Shown here one piece after another: positions 26,946-40,000 of a DNA stretch of 60,000 bases. Where the stretch lies: assembly GCF_018977255.1 (NCBI RefSeq), contig NW_024704743.1, positions 57,538,001-57,598,000 on the forward strand. The letters run 5' to 3'. This DNA is from Callorhinchus milii (lineage: Eukaryota). Position 1 is the first letter of the stretch. Every line of letters begins with the position of its first letter. Made by a program: the position numbers and the translations under genes. The notes beneath the pieces were generated by a model that was not told the DNA's origin, did no database searches, and saw only the letters and a program-made list of their open reading frames with translations.

Positions 26946-27244
26946 CACTCAAGTAGCCCAAATTGAAGGAAAATCAAATATGTCTTCTACATTCTTATCA
27001 CTAAAAGTAAAAGAAAAAGAATGAAAGGGTAGTTTAATTGAAAAAGTAATCAATTAATATGTTTCACATGGTTTTGTATCAAGAGCATATGAAAATGACA
27101 AGGAATGACTATTGGCTCCATCAAACCCATTCCTTTCATATACTATGCAACACCTAGCCTAACATTGACATAAACCCATCTAATCCAGGTCTCAGATAGA
27201 TATTCCACAAATCATAAAGGCAATCAAACAAAGTCAATAGAACC

Positions 27245-27500
27245 ATAAAATCATAGAAATTTACAACACAGAGAAGCCCGTTCAGCCCATCGTATCTGTG
27301 CTGTCTCTGTAAAGAACAATCCTTTCACTCTTATTTTCCTGTCCTTTACCCAAATTTCTGTAGTTGACTCCTTTGTAGTTATTTACCTAGTTCCCTTTTG
27401 AAAGCTAAAATGGATTCTGCCTCTACCGTCCCTCTTGGCATGGTGTTCCATATCCTAACTATTCTGTACATGAGGAGCATTCTCCTGAACTCCCCAGTTG
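27245..27500 (-). mobile_element. CR1 3' fragment
   Basis: tcatagaaatttacaacacagagaagcccgttcagcccatcg is the reverse complement of a CR1 3' end. Confidence 0.7.
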
Positions 27501-28002
27501 CTCATTTTCATTTCATTTTCTAACTATCTTCAATGTCACCTTGGAGCTAGTCCTGTTTACCTTTTCCCCCAAGGAGACTAATGTAGTGATTTTTGGAGCA
27601 GTAGTGGTGCATTAGACTAGTCCCACAATTCTCTCTAACCCTAGATTTCCAATATTTATTATTCATTTCCCACAAAACATACAGAACATGTGCCCTCCTA
27701 GCCTTAGCAGCAATAAAGTCATTTTGTCACATTTCAGTTTGCACCTATTTCTAATACAAACTTTCAAGTATATTTTATGGAGTTAATTTACACGACACCT
27801 AATATTCTACTTTTCCTTATACCAGATTCAAATGAGACAGTAGTACGGAGAACAAATCTCTCATATGCAAGGTCATGTGTCTTGCATTATTTATAGGAAG
27901 AAAGATGAAGAACAATGAAAATGTAGCTCTTGAACACAATCACATAAGTTTTACGTGACGTTTGTTCTGCAGATTTTGCTAGCACTACATTAACCAATAC
28001 AT

Positions 28003-28590
28003 TATCCTCCTTGTGGAGGGCAAGGGGAGATCTCCTTCGATCTGAACTGTGTCCAAGATGGCATGCTTGATAACCAAATGTTGGAATTGAGTCAAGCCTC
28101 TGTGGTGGAATCAGCAATCTAGTTTCTGAACCAGCGGGTCATCAGTACTTCAGGGCGTTGCTGATGACAACCCAGTCAACCTGGATCATCGGAAGGACTT
28201 GGAAGGACAAGTCCTGTGGGTGCTGGGATTCTTCCCACTCAGCTCCTGCAAGCCAAAGTCCTAACTGATAGGTATATGAAGGCACTATACAAATGCAAGT
28301 TGTCATTGTTATTGGTCGGTCCTCTGTGGACAAGAGCGGGAAGCCAGTGCTTCCAATGGCAAGCTGTGCAGTTTTAGTTGGTTAAACTCCTGCAGTACCA
28401 CAACGCAAACTATGGAGGCCCTGAAACATGGGTCTTGCCAACCTGTACCTAATCCTTTCTGGAATTCGGTAAACAGGATGCACCCTCTAGAAAAAGAGTG
28501 CACATTACATTCCAAACATGGGATTTTTCATATGTAGATGCCATGCATGGAATTCTCAGTTTGGTTTGGATACTATGAACCATGGTGATT
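28003..28590 (+). repeat. Unclassified dispersed repeat, copy X (contains an L2-type tail insertion at about 28273-28313)
   Basis: Collinear similarity to 53785-54378 and to the reverse complement of 23550-23760. Confidence 0.75.
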
Positions 28591-28689
28591 GATTTCCCAG
28601 TGTGTCAGGCTGACCAGAAAAAAACAACATAGATGGAGAAAAGTTACCTCATGTTACATGATTTTACCTCCAGCCCCAACTCAATAATT

Positions 28690-29340
28690 CTCTCCAGTTG
28701 TTCACTGTGACCATTCCAGCCAATGTACAAACTTGCCATTTTGTTTTGACCTTCAGCTCTGCTTCAAACCAAGGCAAATATCTGACCCTTGATCAATCTC
28801 ACTTTCCATCTCTGGAACATCACTAACTGTGCTTCTATCTATCCCAGCTCAACCAAAACCCTAATCCATGGTTTTGCCACTTTGAGATTCAACTTTCTAC
28901 TGCTCTTTTTTTCCAACCTCTCTAAATCAACAGGTTTGGCTCATTCAGAACCCCACAGCCCATATGCTCTTCCACCCTAGGCCCTGCCTATTTTTGCAAG
29001 GCTTCTTTGGTTTTCAATCACCCAGAAGAATGATTGCAAGGTCTTTGTTCTGATCTTCAAATCATTTCACAATCTTGTCAAGTCCTATCTCTGCAATCTT
29101 CACCAACCCTATTGTTCCAACTGCACCCACCACTCCTCTGACTGGTCTGCCACTTTTTCCTCAATCTCTCCATCCCACACTTTCTTCTGGAGGTCTTTCC
29201 CTAAATCCCTTACCTTGCACTTCTCTTCCTAAAAAACCCTCTTAAAACCTTACCACTTTGACTGTGCCTTCAGTCGACTTCATCAAACCCCACCTTCCGC
29301 CCTTGCTACTCAACAATCCACATTGACATTGTAGAACACT
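28690..29340 (+). mobile_element. Old L2 ORF2 C-terminus and 3' end
   Basis: TFHLWNIT..TKTLIHGFATLRFN resembles L2 YFHLRNIA..AETLIHAFVTSRLDY. Confidence 0.7.
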
Positions 29341-30849
29341 TCATCTTTTATCCTAGATGAAAACATTAAGTATAAGCAGTTAACTTTAGAACTTTAGGTC
29401 TGTAAAATAGCAATATGATAAAGGCTGAATCTCTTAATTAGAAAGAAATGCGCATTCAGAGACTAAAGAATGGAATTTGTGCTCAAGGTGAATATTACAG
29501 TCAGTGAAAGCAGACCTGCAAATCAGTCGAATTTAAACCTTATAACATTTCCACTTGCTTCCACTTGTAATTTGCTCTATCAGTTGAAGAATTGCCAAAC
29601 CAGCTAGACATTGATTGAAAAGACACTTAGCAGCTTTATGATGGATGAATAATGTAGGAATGAAAATGAATGCTGCATTGGTAACTGAGTAATGGAACTT
29701 CAGATAAACTTAAAGAGAGATCACTGACTGGAATGTGGAAAGCATTACGCAACTGAAAGAGTTGACTGTAGTCAGGCAATCCAAGGACTGAAAGATCTTC
29801 CAAGTTAATTTACAATTTCCCTGCTTTAGCCAAATGCATTGCAATGATCTTTTCTAATCCTGTATAATCATATGCTCCTATTGTAGTAGTGAAGATTGAA
29901 TAGAAAATGATAGAAATAAAAGTCAAAAGTGAACACTTACACCAATTAAATAAGTAAGGATACAGTGAAAGTATGGGAACCTGGACCAAAAAGAGACTAA
30001 AAGCGGGATTAATAAACTAAAACACGGGTTAAAGGAATATAAAAAGAACTTCAGTAAAACTGAAGAACAAAGGAAAGCCAAAGTAGATTTAAGCAAAGTC
30101 AGGAGCAAATTATCAGCTAAAACATTTTCTCTTTAAGGCAGTAAAAGAGGGAAACTATTGAAGCCAAAATAAAAATAAAACATTTATTTTAATAAAAGTA
30201 CACACATTTATGTGTCTGGGATGAGGGATAGAGAGCAGCTTTCAAACAGTGCAATTGCAGTGAGTGCTTTGAAAAATGTAGCAGGAAAAAGCCCTGGAAA
30301 TCACAAGAGATTGCAATAAGGAATTTACTGGCAGAGGAGAGTAATGCCTACAGTATCAGATGGCTAATGCTCAGATTTATGTTGTCTTTGATGAAATAAC
30401 TGGAGAATTCATGCAACACAGAGAAAGCAAATATACACATTTTATTTTAGAATCACTGGCAAGCTTTCCCACTGCTTGTCCAGCTAGGACTATTTTAGAA
30501 TTGCATTGTTTGGCTTATGTTGGAAATTGCACCCCATGGAGATTGTTTTTAATCTTGTGTTAGCAGAAAGCTAAAACAACAGTGAGCTTGAGATTTTGCT
30601 ATTAAGAATGAACACAAGTTCTATTTTATGCATTTTCTGAAGCAATGCTAATGAATTGCCATGAGCATCCAATATTTCTAAATGCTTAGTATTAACAAAA
30701 TCTTAGCAGTTAATAAGGAATCACTTTCACACAGCTAAAGTACAGTCCCCAAATTAAATTGGTTATTCAATTCATGGCTGTTTATGGTATATCTCTGTGT
30801 GCATATTGAGTGCTGATTCGCCCATGAATAAAACCCCAAAAAATTCTTA

Positions 30850-31635
30850 ATATTCCTTGCATTTGGTATAACACCTTTCATGTTAGGCGGACACTCAAAA
30901 GCACTTCACAGGATATATTGTAAAGTGGAGTGACAATGTGTTTTGTAGGTGAATTCAGCAGCCAATTTGTGCACAGCAATGAACCACAAACAGTCATGTA
31001 TTGAATGGCCAATTTTATTTGTGGGATTGTTGGCCAGGACACAGTCCACGGTGAAGCACTTCACAGGATATTTCCTGTGGTTGAGAAATCCAAGTGTGTC
31101 TGCATAAAAATGGTAAATAATTTCCGAGACAAAGACATTTGGAAAACCTCTGTAAAGCAAACAAAATGCAATACTAACTTCAAGCAGGATCTCATTGTAA
31201 TTGTGATTTCTTTCCAATAAAATTTGCAAGAAATATTTCTGAGAGGCTTTTAAATCTTTGAAATTGAATATTTCTGCACCATTTATCATATTTCATACTG
31301 GTATCATCCTGGCTCAGCTGGCAGCATCCTCGTTCCTGAGTCGGAAGGTTGTGGGTCCTACATCGGTTCTTAAACTCACACAGTGTGCCACTCCAATGCG
31401 GTGCCTAAAGTGGTGGGGGAGGAGGGTGTTTAGCATTGTCAGTGCTGCTGTGTTTCAGTTGAGACGTTAAACCGAGGTCCTGGCACTATTTGAAAAGAGA
31501 AAGGAGTTTCCCCAGTGTCCTGGTGAACAACCCCCAAATAAAATTGATCATGGCTGTTTGGTGGACATTGCTATGCACAATTGTAACTTTAGTCCTCCTG
31601 ACATAAAAGCTACTATGAGGAATGCAAGGATTGTT
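30850..31635. mobile_element. Deu-family SINE fragments (30850-31042 on -, 31300-31635 on +)
   Basis: Shared tail, and cctggctcagctggcagc..gagacgttaaaccgaggtcc core. Confidence 0.75.
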
Positions 31636-31704
31636 AAATATTTGTTTTATCCTGTAGAATAAAGTAGAAATACAGAAGGAATTGTGGGACTAGTCTCTCC
31701 TTTT

Positions 31705-31950
31705 CAGCGCAGAAGGAGGCCACTTTTTCCTTCATATCTGTACCCCTTCTACCCATTTTTCTAAATCACTTGATTTTGATTAATCCCACTTTCCAGCTCT
31801 TTCCTGAGATCCCTTCATGTGTTCACTGCTCAGGTTCTTATCCAGTCTCTTTGAAATGGTTCTATCGATTCACCTCAATAGCCACTTGTAGTAATGAATT
31901 CCAAGCCCCAACAACTCTCTGAGTTAAGAAATTACTTTTCACTTCTTTCC
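31705..31950 (-). mobile_element. Old CR1 3' fragment
   Basis: cagcgcagaaggaggccac..gaattccaagccccaacaactctctgagttaagaa, corresponding to FLTQRVVGAWNSL. Confidence 0.65.
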
Positions 31951-32439
31951 TAATTATTTTGTGAGTGCTGGGGAGAAACCAGCATTCCTCCCATCAGTAA
32001 CCATAGTGGTAGATCTCTCTCTATGGGAATGATGTCCTTAGTTATTTTGCTGCTGCTAACCTTTTATGGATCCCAATTTCCATTATAAAATGATTCTGAA
32101 TTGTATGCAGTCATATATAGCTTACATGCTGAGCTACAGAAGCTCAAACTGGAACAAGAGATATGTTGTTTCTGTATCCCTCACTCTGGCTGCATTAATT
32201 CTATTGAGCTGTAAATGAAGAAACAATAAAAGTTACATCTCATCAAACCAGAATAATGCCCCATATTGACCGATTAAACTGGTTACATTAGATTTACATT
32301 ACTCTTGTCTAAATTTTCCTATGCATAAATCAAAGCAATAGACAGAAGGTTTCCTGCTAAGTGAAGCTCTCAGTCCTTTCAATCGCATTTACAATCTTGC
32401 TTGCTTCTGTGATATAATTTACTGATTGATTCCCTCTGG

Positions 32440-32995
32440 GTGAGATTTGGATTGTTGAGTCAGTTTATCAGGGACGTGTGCTGAAAATAGCTTTTGTGTA
32501 AACAGGGCAAAGTAGGAAATGTGCTAACACGTGAATTTTCAGGATTTCATTGGTAGAGTAAAACTCTTTTACCCCGACACAGTAAATGATTATAGCAGCA
32601 TTTTCGGGCAATGAGTTGCAAATTCCGCCCATTGGGAATTCAATAGCAATAAATCAACTTTTTTTTTGTGCATGACAGATGCGCCATGTTATGCTTAGAA
32701 AAGACTTGTTTATCTGCTATCTTTTATTTAAAAAATGTTTTCTTTTCCTCTTTCTTTTTTATTGCCCTCCTGATGTGAGCGTGACATGTGTCAGATTAGA
32801 TTATCATGTACCAATTGCAGTACCTGTCATTGGCACATCAAGCAAGCAAGCATTAATGTGAAGCCCATTGGAACCTTTTGGAATTGGAGTGTAATTTTCT
32901 GTGAGTTACAATAAGCTTCTATTCACAAATGTCACATTGGTATTCTTATGGTATAATGTCAATTAGAAGCTTTTTATTTGCCGTAATTTCCTTTG
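32440..32995. promoter_or_regulatory. Candidate conserved non-coding element (enhancer)
   Basis: Repeat-free and motif-dense: TGTAAACA 32497-32504, CACGTG 32528-32533, inverted TGACA pair 32782-32793, many TAAT/ATTA cores. Conservation not tested. Confidence 0.4.
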
Positions 32996-33582
32996 CAAAA
33001 CTAAACATAACGATCCAGATATATAAAGTGTGCCTTACAATATGATATTTTATGTTACTAATTAACTTAATTACTTTTGTTTGCCTGCAAAATACACAAT
33101 AAATCTTGTGGGGGGTTTGAAATATCCTACCAATGTAAAATGCTATATCAAACCCAAGAATTAGTATTATATTATGTCGCTGTTAAGATGTTGTTAATGC
33201 AAGTTATTGTTAAGGACAGAGAGCAATAGTAGAGTTTTAAAAATGATTACTCACATTTTTATTTTTCTCCCTCCTTTTTAACTTCCATTTTCAACATTTC
33301 CCATAGAGTCCACATTTGTTTTAAAAACGATAGCAGATAAATAAGTCCTTCCCTAAGGATAACATGGCACATCTGCCATGTGACAAAAAAGGAACAAAGT
33401 ATAACCAGGTAAAACTATTCTGTAGTTGGACAGACACTGAAAGCACCATCACAGTATAAGGGCATGTAGAATAATAGGTTGTATAAACAGACAGATGAGA
33501 CAGACAAAACCATGAATTAGACTGTGCAGAATATTATGTCCAGTTGCACATGAAAAATGTTATGAGGCCATGGAAATGATTA

Positions 33583-33850
33583 CAACAACAGTTTGCATTT
33601 CTATAGCACCCTTCACACAGTGTAGTGTCTCAGAGTGCTCAACAATGCCAGTGTTTGACGCCAAGCCGGGAAAAGGGGGCAGGTGACCACAGGCACGGTC
33701 GAAGAGGAAGGTCTTCAGGTGTGATCAGACAGGCAAGGAAGAGGCAAGGTGCAGGGATTACGGTAGAGTTCCAGAGTTTTGTGAAGGAAGTGGATAGCGG
33801 AGTGGGGTGCATGCTGGTCAGAGAGGAAGGGATGTGCCAGGGCATGAAGT
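33583..33850 (-). mobile_element. L2 3' fragment
   Basis: caacaacagtttgcatttctatagcacc tail and a KLWNS motif on the minus strand. Confidence 0.65.
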
Positions 33851-35013
33851 GATTTGTACAGGAATATACAAAGAAATGGTTTCACATTTAACAGCATTGA
33901 ACTTTGAAGTGAAGCTAAGGAAGACATCTAAGGAAGTTGTCAGAGATGTGACAAATTTGTTGAACATGGAAGATATAAAGAGGTGATTATGGAAATGAAG
34001 AATAAAAGACCTGACAACTGTACAATATAAAGCAATTACAAGTTAAAGTTGGCTTATGGATGAACTTCTGACCTCTTACAGTTACTTTTAAGGGAATAGA
34101 CTCTTGTGGTAAATGCTAATTGATGAAGCATTCTGATGGGATTAGCCAGATTTATATAAATCAGGACTGAGACTAATAGGGCAAAAACCTTGGGTAAGTG
34201 AGAGAATAAAAAATGGTTAGATCAGATCCCGGAAACAGACGCCAATGCATGATGGAGGAAGTTAGATTTGCTCAAAGCCTTTTGCCATTCACACATTCTA
34301 ATGTTCGTGTATGCATATGAACAACATATCCATCTTACTTGCCTTTCCCAAGCTCCGCATAGCAAAGTATGTACACCATGAAATTACAAATTGTCACTAC
34401 TGATTCAATCAATGATACTTCCTTGGTTTTGTAAAACATGACAAATGATCTTTCCATTAGTCACTGAGATGTAATTTGACTATTAAGCAGGAGCACCAGC
34501 CAAGCTGCAACATTTATTTAAGAAAACATCAACCTTATTTCTGAGGTCATCAAGGATCATAACAATTTTATTTCTGGTGCATTATTTCAGCCAATGTGAA
34601 GATGAATGCATTTCTATTTGAAAATAGTTCATTATCTTGACTGATAGGATTTTAACTTCTGGAAAGCAAAGCTGCAGTAGGGTGAGGTGTTTTTTGCAAT
34701 TAGGCAAATTCTTTGCACACTGAGAATAATTAGTTTTCAAACTACCCACACCGCAAACCATTTTCTCCATAACATGTTCATGTTTGTTGTCCAAGGAATG
34801 GTTTATGTCTCTGTAGACCCACATCTAAAGCAACGGTTTCCTGTGTTAAATATTACATTTCCTAAAATACTACAGAAGCTTTCTTCCCTCCAGTATTAAT
34901 TATTTAAGTGTAAAAAGTCCAGTTATACTTTAATATGAACCAAAATTAAATTGGCCTTTTGCAAAAACAGCATCCACAGTATCTATTTGTGTACAGGAGC
35001 AAAGAACGCACAG

Positions 35014-35423
35014 GTGTCAGCCTGGCTCATTTGATAGTACTCTTAACTCTGAGTCAGAAGGTTGTGTGTTTAAGCTCCTTGTTGGAACTTTGCACTCACA
35101 GTCTACGCTAACACTCTAGCACAGTGTTGGGTGCACTGCATTATTGGAGGTGCCGTACTTCAGATCAGATATTAAACTGAGGTCCTGTCTGCCTATTCAA
35201 GTGAGTTTTGAAGAACCCATGGCACTATTCTAAAAGTTAAGGGAGTTTCTCCCAATATCCTGGCCAACCATCTCACAAACAATAAATTGGTCACTCACTT
35301 TGGTGGGATATTGCTGTATGCACATTCGTCTACAAAATCCGCACTTTACTGTAAAATACTGTGAGGCACTTTGTGATATCCACCTGATGTGAAAGCAGTT
35401 ATTTCAAATGCAAGGATTATTAT
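35014..35423 (+). mobile_element. Deu-domain tRNA-SINE, full length
   Basis: gtgtcagcctggctcatttg head, ggaggtgccgtacttcagatcagatattaaactgaggtcc core, and tail. Confidence 0.85.
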
Positions 35424-35514
35424 ACCAATATGAAGCTGCCCTATATAAAAACATGTTAGCATAGTATACACCTCTTTTTATTATAAAATAATAACCTTAA
35501 ATTTAGTGCATTTT

Positions 35515-35836
35515 ATAATAATAATAATAATAATCCTTGCATTTGATATAGCGCTTTTCACGTCGGGAGGACGTCCCAAAGCGCTTCACAGAATACGCTG
35601 TAAAGTGAATTGACTGTATATTTGTGGGCGAACGCGGCAGCCAATTGCGCAAAGCAATATCCCACAAACAGTCGTAGATTGAAAATGACCAATTTATTAT
35701 TGTTTTTTTGGGTTTTGGAGGGATTATTATTAAGGGTGTGGAGTAAGGAAACTTGCCCAAGGTTTTGCCCTGCCTGGAATTGAACTCAGGTCTCTCGCTT
35801 GTAAAGCGAGTGCTCTAACCACTGAGCCACAGGACT
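35515..35836 (-). mobile_element. Young tRNA-Ala SINE inserted into an older SINE tail
   Basis: Near-identical to the 5456 copy; host sequence resumes as atgtcaggaggacatctcaaagc. Confidence 0.92.
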
Positions 35837-36528
35837 TTATGTCAGGAGGACATCTCAAAGCTGTTCATATGGTAATACTGTAAAGTGGAGTGATTGTGTA
35901 TTTTGTAGGAAAATGCAGCAGCCAATTTTCATACAGCTCTGTTCCACAAACAGCCAGAGTGAGAGTTCTGCGGTTACTTAAGTTCAAACCAAATTTACAA
36001 TACCCTTTGTTACCAATTCAGTGAAATTTCACCTTGTTTATTGCTCATGGTCAATTTCACAAGGTGAACACGAGAAGCAAGACAGCTGCACATGTTCATC
36101 CTCACATGTGTGCACTTCATTGCAATTCACAATTCCCTTTTTTGTCTGTCCCTGTCTCTGATTCATGGAAAAGATCTGTGAAGGGAAGTAGTATAAACAG
36201 AAATAACACATCCCTGGGGGAATATGGTTGGCTTGAGATCTCCACTGAAGCACAGCCAGAAAAATTCCAATGGGCACTATCCAAAGCAAATTTATTTTGA
36301 ATCCTCTGCAGATTCAGGGAAAAGGCACTTCTTGAGGTGTCGTAATGGATGCCCCCAGTTTTTTTTCCCCTTTGCTGACATTATAGGTAGGGCCACCATT
36401 CACAACATTGATTCAAAACATTGAAGGTATGAAATCATCTCTGATATCTTATGAGTTCAATGATAATGTTTTCTGAAAGTAGGTAAGCAAGGTGGCTCCC
36501 TCTAGGGAGACAGTGCACATTCCTTTGT

Positions 36529-36722
36529 GGAGTCCTGTAGCTCAGTGGTTAGAGCACTCGCTTTGCAAGTGAGAGACCTGAGTTCAATTCCAGGCAGGGC
36601 GAAACCTTGGGCAAGTTTCCTTACTCCACACAGAGCCTAATAATAATCCCTCCAAAACCAAAAACAATAATAAATTGGTCATTTTCAATCTACGACTGTT
36701 TGTGGGACATTGCTGTGCGCAA
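36529..36722 (+). mobile_element. Young tRNA-Ala SINE lacking its 3' part
   Basis: Almost identical to 5456-5652 but ends at gctgtgcgcaa. Confidence 0.9.
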
Positions 36723-37792
36723 ACCCAGCTGACCCACTTCTCCACCAAAAAAAGGGCTCTAATATAGTGTTCCAGTTTCAGCTTTTAGAGAACCCAGCAA
36801 GTGTAACATATTGAATAACAACTTGTATTTATATAGAATAAATATATAATATAATTATATATACATGTATATATATAAATATACAGTATATTTTATCTTT
36901 CACACAGGATAGCATCTCAGAGTTTATTATTTACGCAATCTATCACAATGTAAATTTTGGTTCAATTGGTAGAACCTGTCCAAGTGGACTCGAAAGATCC
37001 CATGACACAAAATGGAATGAGGAGAATATTTCTCCCTTGGATCCTGACCATCAATTTTTCAAATAAATTATCATTGACTTCATTTGCTGTGTGCTTGCCT
37101 ACAAATACAGGTAATTCATTTGATAACAATTACCTAGCAAGGACTTTGAAATGTTTTGATCTTACAGTGGCTAAATCAGATGTGAAGATTATTACTATCA
37201 ATCATGTACAGAAGGTAGTGCATCAAAAATTAAATTACCAGAAAGAATCACCAACTGAGTGTCGGATTGTCAAAGCACTGTGACAAGTAAATCAGGGAAT
37301 TTGCAATCTCAGGCTCACTGGCAGAGGAAACACCAACCATTTCCACCAACCACAGAAATCACATCATTGTGTCCTCTTCCACTTGTTAATCGTCTCATCA
37401 AGCAACTTTAGCAGGTATTTGGGAGATTCTTTTCTATCTCTCAGCCAGAATTGATGTGTGATGGGGGCAATAATTTTTTTAAAAGTTTAAAAATGGGATC
37501 TAAATATAAAATATATTATTCACAGACTAAAAAATCCTTCGATTGATCTTTTCAACATATTGGGATCTAATGTGTTGAATTTGTTATGTTACATTTTATA
37601 ATTCGCTTACAACATTAAATTTGCATCCTCCTTCCACTTTACAGTACACCTGTAAAGCATTGTGAGGTGGCCTTCTGACATGAAAGGTACACTATCAAAT
37701 GTAAGGTTTCTTAAAAATTATAATTCCTATCAACCAGGAAATAGTCTGCTCTGGAAGTAGATAGTGTCAGAGCACAGTGGGTTGGAAAAACA

Positions 37793-38255
37793 CAATAACA
37801 GTAATAATCTTTACATTTGATGTTGAGTCTTTCACCTCAGGATATTTCAAAGAGCTTCACAGGATCTACTGTGGATTGCAGTGACTCTATTTTGTAGACA
37901 AATGTGGCAACCAATTTGTGCAGAGCAATGTCTCACAAACAGCCATAAAGTGAATAACCAACTATTATCGAGGTGACTGTTGGCCTGGACACTGGGAGAA
38001 ACTCCTTTCTCTTTTCACATTTTGACAGTGTCAAAGGAGTTGAACCTCCACCTGAACAGGCAGACAGGATCTTGGTTTAAGGTCTCAACTGAAGGAAAGT
38101 ACCTTCAGCAATGCAGCATTAGCGCTGCAGTGGGGAGTCAGCCTAGCCTGTGTATTCAATGTCCCAACACGGGGCTTGAACCCACAGCCTTTTAACTCTG
38201 AGGCAAGAGTGCAACTAATTCAGCCAGACTAACACCTACCGAGCCAGGCTGAAAC
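37793..38255 (-). mobile_element. Deu-domain tRNA-SINE
   Basis: Tail, core (ctgaacaggcagacaggatcttggtttaagg) and head (ggggcttgaacccac..gagtgc) on the minus strand. Confidence 0.82.
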
Positions 38256-39556
38256 TTGAGTACCAGGACTTCTCTTCTAAAACATGCAGTCATATTGATC
38301 AAACATGGATATGTCAGGAGAATATAGGATGAAAGAGAAGGTGGGGTGTTGATTTGAAGCATATCTTAGTTTTAAACATCTGTTCATTTTGTTGACTTCT
38401 ATGATAGTTTTATCAAACTAAAATGAACTGTGCCCTTTAGCTTAACTTCATTACTTGTTATGTTTAAAAGCCTAATTTCAGATCACAGGATGATCATCTT
38501 TCCAGGTGGCAGTTCACACTGTTTGAAGTCTATGCAAAGCAGACTGGTTGTTAATTCGACATTAACAGAAGTTCTAAAATAACTTCAGAAAAAGCAACTT
38601 GTGTGTGAGTATTCAGTGCTAACTACATTCAAAATCAAAATACATGCAGTTTGAATTTTCCAGCAAATTCCTGATATACATAAATTCCTACCCAATTGAC
38701 ATGGATGAAGGTGCTTCAAAGATAAATCTTTCTGTGATCTTCATGTTTGCTTTATTTATGTAGAAGCTTTATGAATAATTTGCACTATTGTAGCCCCTGC
38801 CTTTAAAACAAGTTATAACCACTTTGAACAATCTATAAATGTTACCACCCAATGAGAAATCTTCATGTTTGCAATATCTATGCAAAGGGATGTACTTTTA
38901 AAGCTGATTTTCCAAACATTCACCTTATGGTTGACTTGTATTTTTAATCTGTTTGCACTCAATGCTGAGACTGAATGTGTGGAAACACTCAGAGTTTGTT
39001 GATAGTATAAGCTATTTGAGTGGGCAGCACAATTACACTATCATCCCCATAAGACAGTGGAAAACAGCACATTGGATTCATGCCCAATGAAAAGTGTTAA
39101 GCTGCGAAGACAGTCCCTTTTACAAGTACATGTGTAGGATGTTTAATACATTATTGCTTCTTAGTTCCTGTCATTCTTACTGTTCCTTGTGAGAAAAAGA
39201 TAAGCTTTGCATATCCAATTTCATTTCCTGTCAATAATCTAATATTTGATGCAACACCTATAAAGTCTAAAGTTTCAAAGCACTTCTCAGGTATTTTTTG
39301 TAAAGTGTAGTGACGTTGTGATAATTTGTCTACAAAATGTGGTAACCATTTTGCTCCGCAGCCATAAAGTGAATGACCAATTTCATGCAGAGGATATAAA
39401 TGCAAGTTGTTGTTGTTGATTGTCAGCCAGGACATGGAGAGAAACGCCCTTCTCTTTTAAATAGGGGCCATTGATTTTTCCTTCAAGTTAAAGGGGAAAG
39501 CGGCATCACTTACACTTACAGTGGAGACTGTGTACTCTGTTAATATCAATTTGGTT

Positions 39557-40000
39557 TGTGTCAGCTTGGCTCAGTTGGTAGTGCTTTTGCCTCCAATGTC
39601 AGAAAGACATGTGGAGCTCCACATCAGGACTTGAGCTCATGCTTCAGGCTACTCCAGTACAAGGCTGAAGAAGTACCTCTTTGTTGGTGGTGCCATCCTT
39701 TGGAATGAGATGTTAAATCAACGTCCTGTCTGCTTGGCCTGGAGACTCAAATTGATACTTTTACGCAATTGTAGGTTGGACATGCAGTGTGAGGGAAAGA
39801 GCCTATTGGGCTCCTGGCAGGCAAACAATAGATCATTACTTTGGGATGCACCAAGGCAGTAGAACAAGAGGACATCGGTGTGGAATTGTAAAGGGTAATT
39901 TCAGGAGGCTTTCCTTTAGCTAGAGGGTAATTAACAACTGGAACAGGAAGGGTGGTTAAAGCCAGGACACTGGACTCATTTAAAAAAAACAGCTTGATGT
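39557..40000 (+). mobile_element. Deu-SINE 5' part (39557-39745) and CR1 3' fragment (about 39855-40000)
   Basis: tgtgtcagcttggctcagttggtag head; agaacaagaggacat..tttcctttagctagagggtaatt..ctggaacagg is a CR1 RTRGH..RV..WN motif. Confidence 0.6.
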
